DNA of 64,000 bases from Escherichia coli (GCF_003334315.1 NZ_QOWR01000004.1), one strand, 5' to 3'; shown: positions 47,325 through 60,389, counted from the stretch's first letter. The notes: generated from the letters alone by a model not told the origin. Made by a program: numbers and translations.

Positions 47325-48380
47325 GTGAAAAGTGCAATGACAAGCTCTCCGCTGCGGGTCGCGATAATAGGCGCAGGCCAGGTGGCGGATAAGGTTCATG
47401 CTTCGTACTACTGCACCCGCAACGATCTGGAACTGGTGGCTGTCTGTGACAGCCGCCTTTCCCAGGCGCAGGCGCTGGCAGAAAAATACGGGAATGCATC
47501 CGTGTGGGACGATCCGCAGGCCATGCTGCTGGCGGTGAAACCTGATGTGGTTAGCGTCTGCTCACCTAACCGTTTTCATTACGAACATACCCTGATGGCA
47601 CTGGAAGCGGGCTGCCATGTGATGTGCGAAAAACCGCCCGCCATGACGCCAGAACAGGCGCGGGAAATGTGCGATACCGCGCGCAAACTGGGCAAGGTGC
47701 TGGCCTACGACTTTCACCATCGTTTTGCGCTCGATACGCAACAGCTGCGTGAACAGGTGACCAACGGCGTTTTGGGAGAGATTTACGTTACCACCGCCCG
47801 CGCCCTGCGTCGCTGCGGCGTTCCCGGCTGGGGTGTCTTTACCAATAAAGAACTGCAGGGTGGTGGCCCGCTGATCGACATCGGCATTCATATGCTGGAT
47901 GCTGCGATGTATGTGCTGGGCTTTCCGGCGGTGAAAAGCGTGAATGCGCATAGCTTTCAAAAGATCGGCACGCAAAAGAGCTGTGGTCAATTTGGTGAGT
48001 GGGATCCGGCAACTTACAGCGTCGAAGATTCGCTGTTTGGCACCATTGAATTTCATAACGGCGGCATTCTGTGGCTGGAAACGTCATTTGCACTCAACAT
48101 CCGCGAACAGTCGATTATGAACGTCAGCTTTTGTGGTGATAAAGCTGGTGCGACGCTGTTTCCAGCACATATCTACACCGATAACAACGGTGAATTAATG
48201 ACGCTGATGCAACGGGAAATGGCAGACGACAACCGCCATTTGCGCAGCATGGAAGCCTTTATCAATCACGTACAGGGCAAGCCCGTGATGATAGCCGACG
48301 CCGAGCAGGGGTACATCATCCAGCAACTGGTGGCGGCGTTGTATCAATCCGCAGAAACAGGGACGCGTGTGGAATTATGA
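47325..48380 (+). CDS. ycjS: Gfo/Idh/MocA-family NAD-dependent oxidoreductase YcjS (351 aa)
   Basis: ORF track; N-terminal VAIIGAGQVA Rossmann motif. Confidence 0.85.
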   Translation: MKSAMTSSPLRVAIIGAGQVADKVHASYYCTRNDLELVAVCDSRLSQAQALAEKYGNASVWDDPQAMLLAVKPDVVSVCSPNRFHYEHTLMALEAGCHVMCEKPPAMTPEQAREMCDTARKLGKVLAYDFHHRFALDTQQLREQVTNGVLGEIYVTTARALRRCGVPGWGVFTNKELQGGGPLIDIGIHMLDAAMYVLGFPAVKSVNAHSFQKIGTQKSCGQFGEWDPATYSVEDSLFGTIEFHNGGILWLETSFALNIREQSIMNVSFCGDKAGATLFPAHIYTDNNGELMTLMQREMADDNRHLRSMEAFINHVQGKPVMIADAEQGYIIQQLVAALYQSAETGTRVEL

Positions 48381-50644
48381 CCAGGCCAGTAACGTTATCA
48401 GAACCCCATTTCAGCCAGCATACCCTGAACAAGTATGCATCGCTGATGGCGCAGGGGAACGGCTATCTTGGGCTTCGCGCCAGCCATGAAGAAGATTACA
48501 CGCGCCAGACGCGAGGGATGTATCTGGCGGGGCTGTATCATCGGGCGGGAAAAGGTGAAATCAACGAACTGGTGAACCTGCCTGATGTCGTGGGGATGGA
48601 GATTGCCATAAATGGTGAGGTTTTCTCGTTATCCCACGAAGCCTGGCAGCGTGAGCTTGACTTTGCCAGTGGCGAATTACGCCGCAATGTTGTCTGGCGT
48701 ACCAGCAACGGCTCAGGTTACACCATCGCCAGCCGTCGCTTTGTTTCGGCAGACCAACTGCCGCTCATTGCGCTGGAAATCACTATTACGCCACTGGACG
48801 CCGACGCGTCAGTGCTGATTTCAACAGGCATTGACGCCACGCAAACCAATCACGGTCGCCAACATCTCGACGAAACCCAGGTGCGGGTGTTTGGTCAGCA
48901 TCTGATGCAGGGGAGCTACACCACCCAGGATGGACGCAGTGATGTGGCCATCAGCTGTTGCTGTAAGGTGAGCGGTGATGTGCAGCAATGCTATACCGCC
49001 AAAGAGCGCCGTTTACTGCAACATACCAGTGCGCAGCTTCATGCAGGCGAGACAATGACGTTGCAAAAACTGGTGTGGATCGACTGGCGGGATGACAGGC
49101 AAGCTGCTTTAGACGAGTGGGGCAGCGCGTCGCTTCGCCAGCTTGAAATGTGCGCGCAGCAGAGTTACGACCAACTTCTTGCAGCATCAACAGAAAACTG
49201 GCGTCAATGGTGGCAGAAACGTCGTATCACGGTAAATGGCGGCGAAGCGCACGATCAGCAAGCGTTAGATTATGCGCTTTATCATCTGCGCATCATGACG
49301 CCTGCCCACGACGAGCGCAGCAGCATTGCGGCAAAAGGCTTAACCGGCGAAGGCTACAAAGGCCACGTTTTCTGGGATACAGAAGTATTTTTGTTACCGT
49401 TTCATCTGTTTAGCGATCCGACGGTTGCCCGAAGTTTACTGCGTTATCGCTGGCACAACTTGCCAGGCGCGCAGGAGAAAGCGCGACGCAACGGCTGGCA
49501 GGGCGCGCTATTTCCGTGGGAAAGCGCGCGCAGCGGCGAAGAAGAGACGCCGGAATTTGCCGCCATTAACATTCGCACCGGGCTGCGGCAAAAAGTGGCC
49601 TCGGCGCAGGCGGAACATCATCTGGTGGCCGATATCGCCTGGGCGGTTATTCAATACTGGCAGACCACGGGGGATGAAAGTTTCATTGCGCATGAAGGCA
49701 TGGCGCTACTTCTGGAGACGGCAAAGTTCTGGATTAGCCGCGCGGTGAGAGTTAACGATCGTCTGGAAATTCATGATGTTATTGGGCCAGACGAATATAC
49801 CGAACATGTCAATAATAATGCATACACCAGCTATATGGCCCGCTACAACGTTCAACAGGCGCTGAATATTGCCCGCCAGTTCGGCTGTAGCGACGATGCG
49901 TTTATCCATCGCGCCGAAATGTTCCTCAAAGAGCTATGGATGCCAGAAATTCAGCCCGACGGCGTTTTGCCGCAGGATGATTCGTTTATGGCTAAGCCGG
50001 CGATTAATCTGGCGAAATACAAAGCGGCGGCGGGGAAGCAAACCATACTGCTGGATTATTCACGCGCAGAAGTGAACGAGATGCAGATCCTCAAACAAGC
50101 TGATGTGGTGATGCTCAATTACATGCTGCCGGAGCAGTTCTCAGCGGCATCGTGTCTTGCCAATCTGCAATTTTATGAACCGCGCACTATTCACGACTCG
50201 TCATTAAGTAAAGCAATCCACGGCATTGTTGCCGCACGCTGTGGCCTGCTGACCCAAAGTTATCAGTTCTGGCGCGAGGGGACTGAAATCGATCTTGGTG
50301 CTGATCCGCATAGTTGTGATGATGGTATCCATGCTGCCGCAACTGGCGCTATCTGGCTGGGGGCGATTCAGGGTTTTGCCGGGGTGAGCGTGCGTGACGG
50401 TGAATTGCATCTCAATCCGGCGTTACCTGAGCAGTGGCAACAGTTGTCTTTCCCTCTGTTCTGGCAGGGCTGCGAATTACAGGTCACTCTTGACGCGCAG
50501 CGTATTGCGATTCGAACTTCTGCGCCCGTTTCACTGCGTTTGAACGGTCAGCTTATAACCGTGGCTGAAGAATCTGTTTTCTGTTTGGGTGATTTTATTT
50601 TGCCCTTCAATGGGACCGCTACCAAACATCAGGAGGATGAATGA
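48377..50644 (+). CDS. ycjT: GH65 kojibiose phosphorylase YcjT (755 aa)
   Basis: ORF track; GH65 family, overlaps ycjS/ycjU by 4 nt. Confidence 0.88.
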
Positions 50645-51300
50645 AACTGCAAGGGGTAATTTTCGATCTGGATGGTGTAATCACCGATACCGCGCATCTG
50701 CATTTCCAGGCGTGGCAGCAGATTGCCGCTGAAATTGGCATCAGCATTGATGCGCAGTTTAACGAATCCCTAAAAGGGATCAGCCGCGATGAGTCTCTGC
50801 GGCGCATTCTGCAACACGGGGGCAAAGAGGGCGACTTTAACTCGCAGGAGAGGGCGCAACTGGCGTATCGCAAAAATCTGCTCTATGTCCACTCACTACG
50901 CGAGTTGACGGTCAACGCTGTTCTACCCGGCATTCGCTCTTTGCTGGCAGATCTCCGTGCACAGCAGATCTCGGTTGGGCTGGCTTCTGTCTCCCTGAAT
51001 GCGCCGACGATTTTAGCGGCGCTGGAGCTGCGCGAGTTTTTCACCTTCTGCGCGGATGCTTCCCAACTTAAAAACTCGAAACCGGACCCGGAAATCTTTC
51101 TCGCCGCCTGTGCAGGGCTGGGCGTGCCGCCGCAGGCATGTATCGGCATTGAAGATGCGCAGGCGGGCATTGACGCCATTAACGCCAGCGGTATGCGCTC
51201 GGTGGGGATCGGCGCGGGCTTAACCGGGGCGCAATTACTGTTGCCTTCAACGGAATCACTCACCTGGCCGCGGTTATCGGCCTTCTGGCAAAACGTATAG
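50641..51300 (+). CDS. ycjU: Beta-phosphoglucomutase YcjU (HAD superfamily), 219 aa
   Basis: ORF track; HAD motif [10 protein letters not shown]. Confidence 0.9.
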
Positions 51301-51313
51301 CAAAGGAATCAAC

Positions 51314-52396
51314 ATGGCTCAGCTTTCGTTACAACATATTCAAAAAATCTACGATAACCAGGTGCATGTGGTGAAGGACTTCAACCTGGAAATTGCCGAT
51401 AAAGAGTTCATCGTGTTTGTCGGCCCGTCGGGCTGCGGTAAGTCGACCACCCTGCGCATGATTGCCGGGCTTGAGGAGATCAGCGGCGGCGATCTGTTGA
51501 TCGACGGCAAACGAATGAATGACGTTCCAGCCAAAGCACGCAATATAGCGATGGTGTTCCAGAACTACGCGTTGTATCCGCATATGACGGTTTACGACAA
51601 CATGGCGTTTGGTCTGAAGATGCAAAAAATCGCCAAAGAGGTGATTGATGAGCGGGTGAACTGGGCGGCGCAAATTCTCGGCCTGCGTGAGTACCTGAAA
51701 CGTAAGCCGGGGGCGCTTTCCGGCGGGCAACGTCAGCGAGTGGCGCTTGGGCGGGCGATTGTACGCGAAGCGGGCGTGTTTTTAATGGATGAACCGCTCT
51801 CTAACCTTGATGCCAAGCTGCGCGTGCAAATGCGCGCAGAGATCAGCAAGCTGCATCAGAAACTGAACACCACCATGATCTACGTGACCCACGATCAGAC
51901 CGAAGCGATGACCATGGCGACGCGGATTGTGATTATGAAAGACGGGATTGTTCAGCAAGTAGGTGCGCCGAAAACCGTTTATAACCAACCCGCGAATATG
52001 TTTGTTTCCGGATTTATTGGATCACCAGCGATGAATTTTATTCGCGGCACGATCGATGGCGATAAATTCGTTACGGAAACGCTTAAATTAACCATTCCCG
52101 AAGAGAAATTAGCGGTTCTGAAAACACAGGAAAGTTTGCATAAGCCCATCGTGATGGGAATACGACCGGAAGATATTCATCCGGACGCGCAAGAGGAAAA
52201 TAACATTTCCGCCAAAATTAGCGTGGCAGAATTAACCGGTGCGGAATTTATGCTCTACACCACGGTTGGGGGGCACGAGTTAGTGGTCCGTGCTGGTGCG
52301 TTAAATGATTATCATGCAGGAGAAAATATCACTATTCATTTTGATATGACGAAATGTCATTTCTTTGATGCAGAAACGGAAATAGCAATTCGCTAA
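51314..52396 (+). CDS. ycjV: MalK-like ABC transporter ATP-binding protein YcjV, intact 360 aa
   Basis: ORF track; Walker A GPSGCGKST, signature LSGGQRQRV. Confidence 0.88.
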   Translation: MAQLSLQHIQKIYDNQVHVVKDFNLEIADKEFIVFVGPSGCGKSTTLRMIAGLEEISGGDLLIDGKRMNDVPAKARNIAMVFQNYALYPHMTVYDNMAFGLKMQKIAKEVIDERVNWAAQILGLREYLKRKPGALSGGQRQRVALGRAIVREAGVFLMDEPLSNLDAKLRVQMRAEISKLHQKLNTTMIYVTHDQTEAMTMATRIVIMKDGIVQQVGAPKTVYNQPANMFVSGFIGSPAMNFIRGTIDGDKFVTETLKLTIPEEKLAVLKTQESLHKPIVMGIRPEDIHPDAQEENNISAKISVAELTGAEFMLYTTVGGHELVVRAGALNDYHAGENITIHFDMTKCHFFDAETEIAIR

Positions 52397-52440
52397 ATAC
52401 AGGGGGAAGGCATTCCCCCAGGATAATACAAGGAACAATA

Positions 52441-53346
52441 ATGAAAAAGTTATTACCCTGTACCGCACTGGTGATGTGTGCGGGAATGGCCTGCGCACAG
52501 GCCGAGGAAAGGAACGACTGGCACTTTAATATCGGCGCGATGTACGAAATAGAAAACGTCGAGGGTTATGGCGAAGATATGGATGGGCTGGCGGAGCCTT
52601 CAGTCTATTTTAATGCCGCCAACGGGCCGTGGAGAATTGCTCTGGCCTATTATCAGGAAGGGCCGGTAGATTATAGCGCGGGTAAACGTGGAACGTGGTT
52701 TGATCGCCCGGAGCTGGAGGTGCATTATCAGTTCCTCGAAAACGATGATTTCAGTTTCGGCCTGACCGGCGGTTTCCGTAATTATGGTTATCACTACGTT
52801 GATGAACCGGGTAAAGACACGGCGAATATGCAGCGCTGGAAAATCGCGCCAGACTGGGATGTGAAACTGACTGACGATTTACGTTTCAACGGTTGGTTGT
52901 CGATGTATAAATTTGCCAACGATCTGAACACTACCGGTTACGCTGATACCCGTGTCGAAACGGAAACAGGTCTGCAATATACCTTCAACGAAACGGTTGC
53001 CTTGCGAGTGAACTATTATCTCGAGCGCGGCTTCAATATGGACGACAGCCGCAATAACGGTGAGTTTTCCACGCAAGAAATTCGCGCCTATTTGCCGCTG
53101 ACGCTCGGCAACCACTCGGTGACGCCGTATACGCGCATTGGGCTGGATCGCTGGAGTAACTGGGACTGGCAGGATGATATTGAACGTGAAGGCCATGATT
53201 TTAACCGTGTAGGTTTATTTTACGGTTATGATTTCCAGAACGGACTTTCCGTTTCGCTGGAATACGCGTTTGAGTGGCAGGATCACGACGAAGGCGACAG
53301 TGATAAATTCCATTATGCAGGTGTCGGCGTAAATTACTCGTTCTGA
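52441..53346 (+). CDS. ompG: Outer membrane porin OmpG (301 aa)
   Basis: ORF track; signal peptide, beta-barrel with C-terminal aromatic residue. Confidence 0.92.
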   Translation: MKKLLPCTALVMCAGMACAQAEERNDWHFNIGAMYEIENVEGYGEDMDGLAEPSVYFNAANGPWRIALAYYQEGPVDYSAGKRGTWFDRPELEVHYQFLENDDFSFGLTGGFRNYGYHYVDEPGKDTANMQRWKIAPDWDVKLTDDLRFNGWLSMYKFANDLNTTGYADTRVETETGLQYTFNETVALRVNYYLERGFNMDDSRNNGEFSTQEIRAYLPLTLGNHSVTPYTRIGLDRWSNWDWQDDIEREGHDFNRVGLFYGYDFQNGLSVSLEYAFEWQDHDEGDSDKFHYAGVGVNYSF

Positions 53347-53359
53347 TAATGGGCTAAAT

Positions 53360-53440
53360 TGCCGGATGCGGCGCGAGTACTTTATCCGATCTATAAATGT
53401 AGGCCGGATAAGATGCGCTAGCATCGCATCTGGCATTCAG
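53360..53440. repeat. BIME / REP elements between ompG and ycjW
   Basis: Read from sequence: gccggatgcggcgcgag ... taggccggataagatgcgctagcatcgcatctggca; approximate coordinates. Confidence 0.65.
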
Positions 53441-53456
53441 GCAAGGTAGCTGGTAT

Positions 53457-54455
53457 TTATTTCAGCGTCATATGCGTGGCAACGGTAATATTCTGTGGTG
53501 ACGGTTTTCCAGAAATTAAGCGGAATAATAACTCGCAGCTTTGTTGACCTAACTCCTGCGTCGGAACATCGATGCCGCCCGGTGCAGGCGTTAAAATAAA
53601 TGACAGCGTTTCATTGCTATAACCCACCACCGCTAACTGCTGCGGAATAGCAATATTTTTCTCTGCTGCCGCACGATAAATGCTCATTAATTTCAGGCTG
53701 TCAGTGGCAAACACCGCCTCAGGCAACGGTGACTGGCTTAATAATTGCCGTGCTGCTTTTAATGCAGTTTCATGGGTATAACCGCCATCAACAATCCATT
53801 CATCACGCACTGCAATATTATGCGCAGCCAGGCTCTGCTTATAACCATTAACGCGATCAACCGAAACATGGACATCAAGCGGAGCATGCAGGCAGGCAAT
53901 ATTTTGATGCCCACTTTCAATTAATGCATCGGTCAACGCAATGCTGTCGCCAAAATTATCGGTATCGACAGAATAAACATGGGCATATTGACCTTCAACT
54001 TTGCCAATCACCACCACCGGAATATCATATTTATCGAGTTGGGCAAAAAATGACTCATCCGCTGGCGAACTGAGCATAATAATGCCTTTAATCATTTTCT
54101 GCTTAATTTTGCTTTCGCATTTTTGCAGATCTTCTGCCGGATTGTGCGACGTTTGTAATATCACGTCGAAACCTTCTTCTTCAGCTTTGGCGGTGATGGC
54201 ATGCAAAACTTCAGAGAAAAACGGATTACCCGCCGTAGTTTTGGTCGAACGGGTAGAAATCACCATAATGGCATCAAAACCCGAAGAGGTCAGCGCGCGG
54301 GCCAGCTTGTTTGGCTGATACTGTAATTCTTCAATGGCCCGTAACACTTTTTCGCGCGCTTCCGGGGAGATATTAGTTTGCTTATTCAGCACGCGTGATA
54401 CGGTGGATTTTGATACGCCTGCAACCCTGGCAATATCATAAATAGTAGGGGACAT
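53457..54455 (-). CDS. ycjW: LacI-family transcriptional regulator YcjW (332 aa)
   Basis: ORF track; N-terminal HTH ([24 protein letters not shown]). Confidence 0.9.
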
Positions 54456-54610
54456 AGGTCAGGAACTCCGTCCGAACGTGAATGCTGCACATCTTATGGA
54501 GTTCGCCGGTCGATGACAACACGGGCAGTTGATAATCAATGGCCTGGCCCCCACATTCATATCCTTACGAATGATTTTTTTTCTGGTCTTCAGAGCAGCA
54601 CAGGACAGCA

Positions 54611-56008
54611 ATGAAGCGACTTAAAAATGAACTCAATGCGCTGGTGAATCGGGGTGTCGACAGACATCTGCGCCTCGCTGTAACCGGACTTAGCCGCAGC
54701 GGCAAAACAGCGTTTATCACCGCGATGGTTAATCAGTTGCTTAATATTCACGCCGGAGCACGTTTGCCGCTGTTAAGTGCGGTGCGTGAAGAGCGCCTGC
54801 TGGGCGTGAAACGCATTCCCCAGCGTGACTTTGGCATTCCGCGCTTCACCTATGACGAAGGGCTGGCGCAGTTATATGGCGATCCACCCGCCTGGCCAAC
54901 GCCAACGCGCGGCGTCAGTGAAATCCGCCTGGCGCTACGTTTTAAATCGAATGATTCGCTGCTACGCCACTTTAAGGATACCTCCACGCTGTATCTGGAA
55001 ATTGTGGATTATCCCGGCGAATGGTTGCTCGACCTGCCGATGCTGGCGCAGGACTATTTAAGCTGGTCGCGCCAGATGACGGGCTTACTCAATGGTCAGC
55101 GCGGAGAATGGTCGGCGAAATGGCGAATGATGAGCGAAGGGCTGGACCCGCTAGCGCCTGCCGACGAAAACCGGCTGGCGGACATTGCCGCCGCGTGGAC
55201 CGATTATCTCCACCACTGTAAAGAGCAGGGGCTGCACTTTATTCAGCCTGGGCGCTTTGTCTTGCCGGGAGATATGGCAGGTGCGCCCGCGCTGCAATTC
55301 TTCCCGTGGCCGGATGTCGATACCTGGGGCGAGTCCAAACTGGCGCAGGCCGATAAGCATACCAATGCCGGAATGCTGCGCGAGCGCTTTAATTATTACT
55401 GCGAGAAGGTGGTGAAGGGGTTCTATAAGAATCATTTTCTGCGCTTTGACCGCCAGATTGTGCTGGTGGATTGCCTGCAACCTCTCAACAGTGGGCCACA
55501 GGCATTTAATGATATGCGTCTGGCACTGACGCAGCTGATGCAAAGTTTTCACTACGGGCAGCGTACCCTGTTCCGGCGTTTGTTTTCGCCGGTTATCGAT
55601 AAGCTATTGTTTGCTGCCACTAAAGCGGACCATGTGACCATCGATCAGCACGCTAATATGGTTTCATTACTGCAACAACTGATTCAGGATGCCTGGCAAA
55701 ATGCGGCGTTCGAAGGGATCAGCATGGACTGCCTGGGGCTGGCGTCAGTTCAGGCGACCACCAGCGGCATTATTGATGTTAACGGTGAGAAAATCCCGGC
55801 GCTGCGTGGTAATCGACTTAGCGATGGCGCACCGCTCACTGTTTATCCTGGCGAAGTTCCCGCACGTTTGCCTGGTCAGGCGTTCTGGGATAAGCAAGGC
55901 TTCCAGTTTGAGGCATTTCGTCCGCAGGTGATGGATGTCGACAAACCACTACCGCATATTCGTCTTGATGCTGCGCTGGAATTTTTAATAGGAGATAAAT
56001 TGCGATGA
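54611..56008 (+). CDS. ycjX: Uncharacterised P-loop NTPase YcjX (DUF463), 465 aa
   Basis: ORF track; Walker A GLSRSGKT. Confidence 0.85.
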   Translation: MKRLKNELNALVNRGVDRHLRLAVTGLSRSGKTAFITAMVNQLLNIHAGARLPLLSAVREERLLGVKRIPQRDFGIPRFTYDEGLAQLYGDPPAWPTPTRGVSEIRLALRFKSNDSLLRHFKDTSTLYLEIVDYPGEWLLDLPMLAQDYLSWSRQMTGLLNGQRGEWSAKWRMMSEGLDPLAPADENRLADIAAAWTDYLHHCKEQGLHFIQPGRFVLPGDMAGAPALQFFPWPDVDTWGESKLAQADKHTNAGMLRERFNYYCEKVVKGFYKNHFLRFDRQIVLVDCLQPLNSGPQAFNDMRLALTQLMQSFHYGQRTLFRRLFSPVIDKLLFAATKADHVTIDQHANMVSLLQQLIQDAWQNAAFEGISMDCLGLASVQATTSGIIDVNGEKIPALRGNRLSDGAPLTVYPGEVPARLPGQAFWDKQGFQFEAFRPQVMDVDKPLPHIRLDAALEFLIGDKLR

Positions 56009-57066
56009 CCGAACCGTTAAAACCACGTATTGATTTCGACGGTCCTCTGGAGGTCGATCAGAATCCTAAATTCAGGGCGCAGCAGACCTTTGACGAAAAT
56101 CAGGCGCAAAATTTTGCCCCGGCCACGCTCGACGAAGCGCAGGAAGAAGAGGGGCAAGTCGAAGCGGTAATGGACGCAGCGTTACGTCCGAAACGCAGCC
56201 TGTGGCGCAAAATGGTGATGGGAGGGCTGGCTCTGTTTGGCGCAAGCGTTGTCGGGCAGGGTGTACAGTGGACAATGAATGCCTGGCAAACCCAGGACTG
56301 GGTGGCGCTGGGTGGATGTGCCGCTGGGGCATTGATTATCGGCGCTGGCGTAGGTTCTGTGGTAACAGAGTGGCGGCGCTTATGGCGCTTGCGACAGCGC
56401 GCCCATGAACGCGACGAAGCGCGTGATTTATTGCATAGCCACGGCACGGGCAAAGGCCGCGCATTTTGCGAAAAACTGGCGCAGCAGGCGGGTATTGATC
56501 AGTCGCATCCGGCGCTGCAACGCTGGTATGCCTCAATCCATGAAACGCAAAACGACCGTGAAGTGGTCAGCCTGTATGCGCATTTGGTCCAGCCAGTTTT
56601 AGATGCCCAGGCGCGGCGCGAAATCAGCCGTTCGGCGGCGGAATCAACGTTGATGATTGCGGTCAGCCCGCTGGCGTTGGTCGATATGGCGTTTATCGCC
56701 TGGCGCAATCTGCGTTTAATTAATCGCATCGCCACGCTGTATGGCATTGAACTGGGGTATTACAGCCGTTTGCGTCTGTTTAAGCTGGTATTGCTGAATA
56801 TCGCTTTTGCCGGAGCCAGCGAACTGGTGCGCGAAGTGGGGATGGACTGGATGTCGCAAGATCTCGCTGCTCGTTTGTCTACCCGCGCAGCTCAGGGGAT
56901 TGGTGCAGGACTTCTGACGGCACGACTCGGGATTAAAGCTATGGAGCTTTGCCGCCCGCTGCCGTGGATTGACGATGACAAACCTCGCCTCGGGGATTTC
57001 CGTCGTCAGCTTATCGGTCAGGTGAAAGAAACGCTGCAAAAAGGCAAAACGCCCAGCGAAAAATAA
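56005..57066 (+). CDS. ycjF: Uncharacterised inner-membrane protein YcjF (DUF697/UPF0283), 353 aa
   Basis: ORF track; translationally coupled to ycjX (4-nt overlap). Confidence 0.85.
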   Translation: MTEPLKPRIDFDGPLEVDQNPKFRAQQTFDENQAQNFAPATLDEAQEEEGQVEAVMDAALRPKRSLWRKMVMGGLALFGASVVGQGVQWTMNAWQTQDWVALGGCAAGALIIGAGVGSVVTEWRRLWRLRQRAHERDEARDLLHSHGTGKGRAFCEKLAQQAGIDQSHPALQRWYASIHETQNDREVVSLYAHLVQPVLDAQARREISRSAAESTLMIAVSPLALVDMAFIAWRNLRLINRIATLYGIELGYYSRLRLFKLVLLNIAFAGASELVREVGMDWMSQDLAARLSTRAAQGIGAGLLTARLGIKAMELCRPLPWIDDDKPRLGDFRRQLIGQVKETLQKGKTPSEK

Positions 57067-57124
57067 TGCAATATCGGGTGCTGACCGGATATCTTTACGC
57101 CGAAGTGCCCGTTTTTCCGTCTTT

Positions 57125-57142
57125 GTGTCAATGATTGTTGAC
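57125..57142 (+). promoter_or_regulatory. TyrR box (TGTCAA-N6-TTGACA) in the tyrR promoter region
   Basis: Read from sequence: tgtcaatgattgttgaca about 70 bp upstream of the tyrR start; fits TGTAAA-N6-TTTACA consensus. Confidence 0.7.
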
Positions 57143-57213
57143 AGAAACCTTCCTGCTATCCAAATAGTGTCATATCATCATATTAATTGTTCTTTTTTCA
57201 GGTGAAGGTTCCC

Positions 57214-58755
57214 ATGCGTCTGGAAGTCTTTTGTGAAGACCGACTCGGTCTGACCCGCGAATTACTCGATCTACTCGTGCTAAGAGGCATTGATTTACGC
57301 GGTATTGAGATTGATCCCATTGGGCGAATCTACCTCAATTTTGCTGAACTGGAGTTTGAGAGTTTCAGCAGTCTGATGGCCGAAATACGCCGTATTGCGG
57401 GTGTTACCGATGTGCGTACTGTCCCGTGGATGCCTTCCGAACGTGAGCATCTGGCGTTGAGCGCGTTACTGGAGGCGTTGCCTGAACCTGTGCTCTCTGT
57501 CGATATGAAAAGCAAAGTGGATATGGCGAACCCGGCGAGCTGTCAGCTTTTTGGGCAAAAATTGGATCGCCTGCGCAACCATACCGCCGCACAATTGATT
57601 AACGGCTTTAATTTTTTACGTTGGCTGGAAAGCGAACCGCAAGATTCGCATAACGAGCATGTCGTTATTAATGGGCAGAATTTCCTGATGGAGATTACGC
57701 CTGTTTATCTTCAGGATGAAAATGATCAACACGTCCTGACCGGTGCGGTGGTGATGTTGCGATCAACGATTCGTATGGGCCGCCAGTTGCAAAATGTCGC
57801 CGCCCAGGACGTCAGCGCCTTCAGTCAAATTGTCGCCGTCAGCCCGAAAATGAAGCATGTTGTCGAACAGGCGCAGAAACTGGCGATGCTAAGCGCGCCG
57901 CTGCTGATTACGGGTGACACAGGTACAGGTAAAGATCTCTTTGCCTACGCCTGCCATCAGGCAAGCCCCAGAGCGGGCAAACCTTACCTGGCGCTGAACT
58001 GTGCGTCTATACCGGAAGATGCGGTCGAGAGTGAACTGTTTGGTCATGCTCCGGAAGGGAAGAAAGGATTCTTTGAGCAGGCGAACGGTGGTTCGGTGCT
58101 GTTGGATGAAATAGGGGAAATGTCACCACGGATGCAGGCGAAATTACTGCGTTTCCTTAATGATGGCACTTTCCGTCGGGTTGGCGAAGACCATGAGGTG
58201 CATGTCGATGTGCGGGTGATTTGCGCTACGCAGAAGAATCTGGTCGAACTGGTGCAAAAAGGCATGTTCCGTGAAGATCTCTATTATCGTCTGAACGTGT
58301 TGACGCTCAATCTGCCGCCGCTACGTGACTGTCCGCAGGACATCATGCCGTTAACTGAGCTGTTCGTCGCCCGCTTTGCCGACGAGCAGGGCGTGCCGCG
58401 TCCGAAACTGGCCGCTGACCTGAATACTGTACTTACGCGTTATGCGTGGCCGGGAAATGTGCGGCAGTTAAAGAACGCTATCTATCGCGCACTGACACAA
58501 CTGGACGGTTATGAGCTGCGTCCACAGGATATTTTGTTGCCGGATTATGACGCCGCAACGGTAGCCGTGGGCGAAGATGCGATGGAAGGTTCGCTGGACG
58601 AAATCACCAGCCGTTTTGAACGCTCGGTATTAACCCAGCTTTATCGCAATTATCCCAGCACGCGCAAACTGGCAAAACGTCTCGGCGTTTCACATACCGC
58701 GATTGCCAATAAGTTGCGGGAATATGGTCTGAGTCAGAAGAAGAACGAAGAGTAA
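57214..58755 (+). CDS. tyrR: Transcriptional regulator TyrR (ACT-PAS-AAA+-HTH), 513 aa
   Basis: ORF track 57187..58755; start moved to MRLEVFCEDRLGLTREL. Confidence 0.95.
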   Translation: MRLEVFCEDRLGLTRELLDLLVLRGIDLRGIEIDPIGRIYLNFAELEFESFSSLMAEIRRIAGVTDVRTVPWMPSEREHLALSALLEALPEPVLSVDMKSKVDMANPASCQLFGQKLDRLRNHTAAQLINGFNFLRWLESEPQDSHNEHVVINGQNFLMEITPVYLQDENDQHVLTGAVVMLRSTIRMGRQLQNVAAQDVSAFSQIVAVSPKMKHVVEQAQKLAMLSAPLLITGDTGTGKDLFAYACHQASPRAGKPYLALNCASIPEDAVESELFGHAPEGKKGFFEQANGGSVLLDEIGEMSPRMQAKLLRFLNDGTFRRVGEDHEVHVDVRVICATQKNLVELVQKGMFREDLYYRLNVLTLNLPPLRDCPQDIMPLTELFVARFADEQGVPRPKLAADLNTVLTRYAWPGNVRQLKNAIYRALTQLDGYELRPQDILLPDYDAATVAVGEDAMEGSLDEITSRFERSVLTQLYRNYPSTRKLAKRLGVSHTAIANKLREYGLSQKKNEE

Positions 58756-58760
58756 GCGCG

Positions 58761-58795
58761 AATATGCCTGATGGTGCAACACCATCAGGCATATT
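58761..58795. terminator. Bidirectional terminator hairpin between tyrR and tpx
   Basis: Read from sequence: aatatgcctgatggtgcaacaccatcaggcatatt; approximate coordinates. Confidence 0.7.
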
Positions 58796-58798
58796 AAA

Positions 58799-59305
58799 TT
58801 ATGCTTTCAGTACAGCCAGAGCTGCTTCGTAATCCGGCTCGGTGGTGATTTCATCCACCAGCTGGCTGAAAATCACATTGTCATTTTCGTCAATAACCAC
58901 AACGGCACGCGCTGCCAGACCTTTCAGTGGGCCATCAGCAATTGCCACACCGTAAGCTTGCAGAAATTCAGCGTTACGGAAAGTGGAGAGGGTGATAACG
59001 TTGTTCAGACCTTCTGCGCCGCAGAAACGAGACTGGGCGAACGGCAGATCGGCAGAGATACACAGCACAACGGTGTTGTCGATCTCAGTTGCCAGTTGGT
59101 TAAACTTACGTACTGATGCGGCGCAAACACCGGTATCAATACTCGGGAAAATGTTCAGCACTTTGCGTTTACCCGCAAACTGACCGAGGGTGACGTCAGA
59201 CAGATCTTTTGCCACGAGAGTAAAAGTCTGCGCTTTGCTACCCGCCTGCGGGATGGAATTGGCGACTGTAACCGGGTTGCCCTGGAAATGAACGGTTTGT
59301 GACAT
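58799..59305 (-). CDS. tpx: Thiol peroxidase Tpx (168 aa)
   Basis: ORF track; atypical 2-Cys peroxiredoxin. Confidence 0.95.
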   Translation of the reverse strand: MSQTVHFQGNPVTVANSIPQAGSKAQTFTLVAKDLSDVTLGQFAGKRKVLNIFPSIDTGVCAASVRKFNQLATEIDNTVVLCISADLPFAQSRFCGAEGLNNVITLSTFRNAEFLQAYGVAIADGPLKGLAARAVVVIDENDNVIFSQLVDEITTEPDYEAALAVLKA

Positions 59306-59413
59306 GATTATCTTTCCTGTTTACATATAGTTAACGTCACACCTAGTTTATGCTAACTGTCAATAACACAGCAAACGCTATTTGCGCTTAATCCGCAGAC
59401 CACCGCGACAACA

Positions 59414-60363
<950 letters not shown>

Positions 60364-60389
<26 letters not shown>

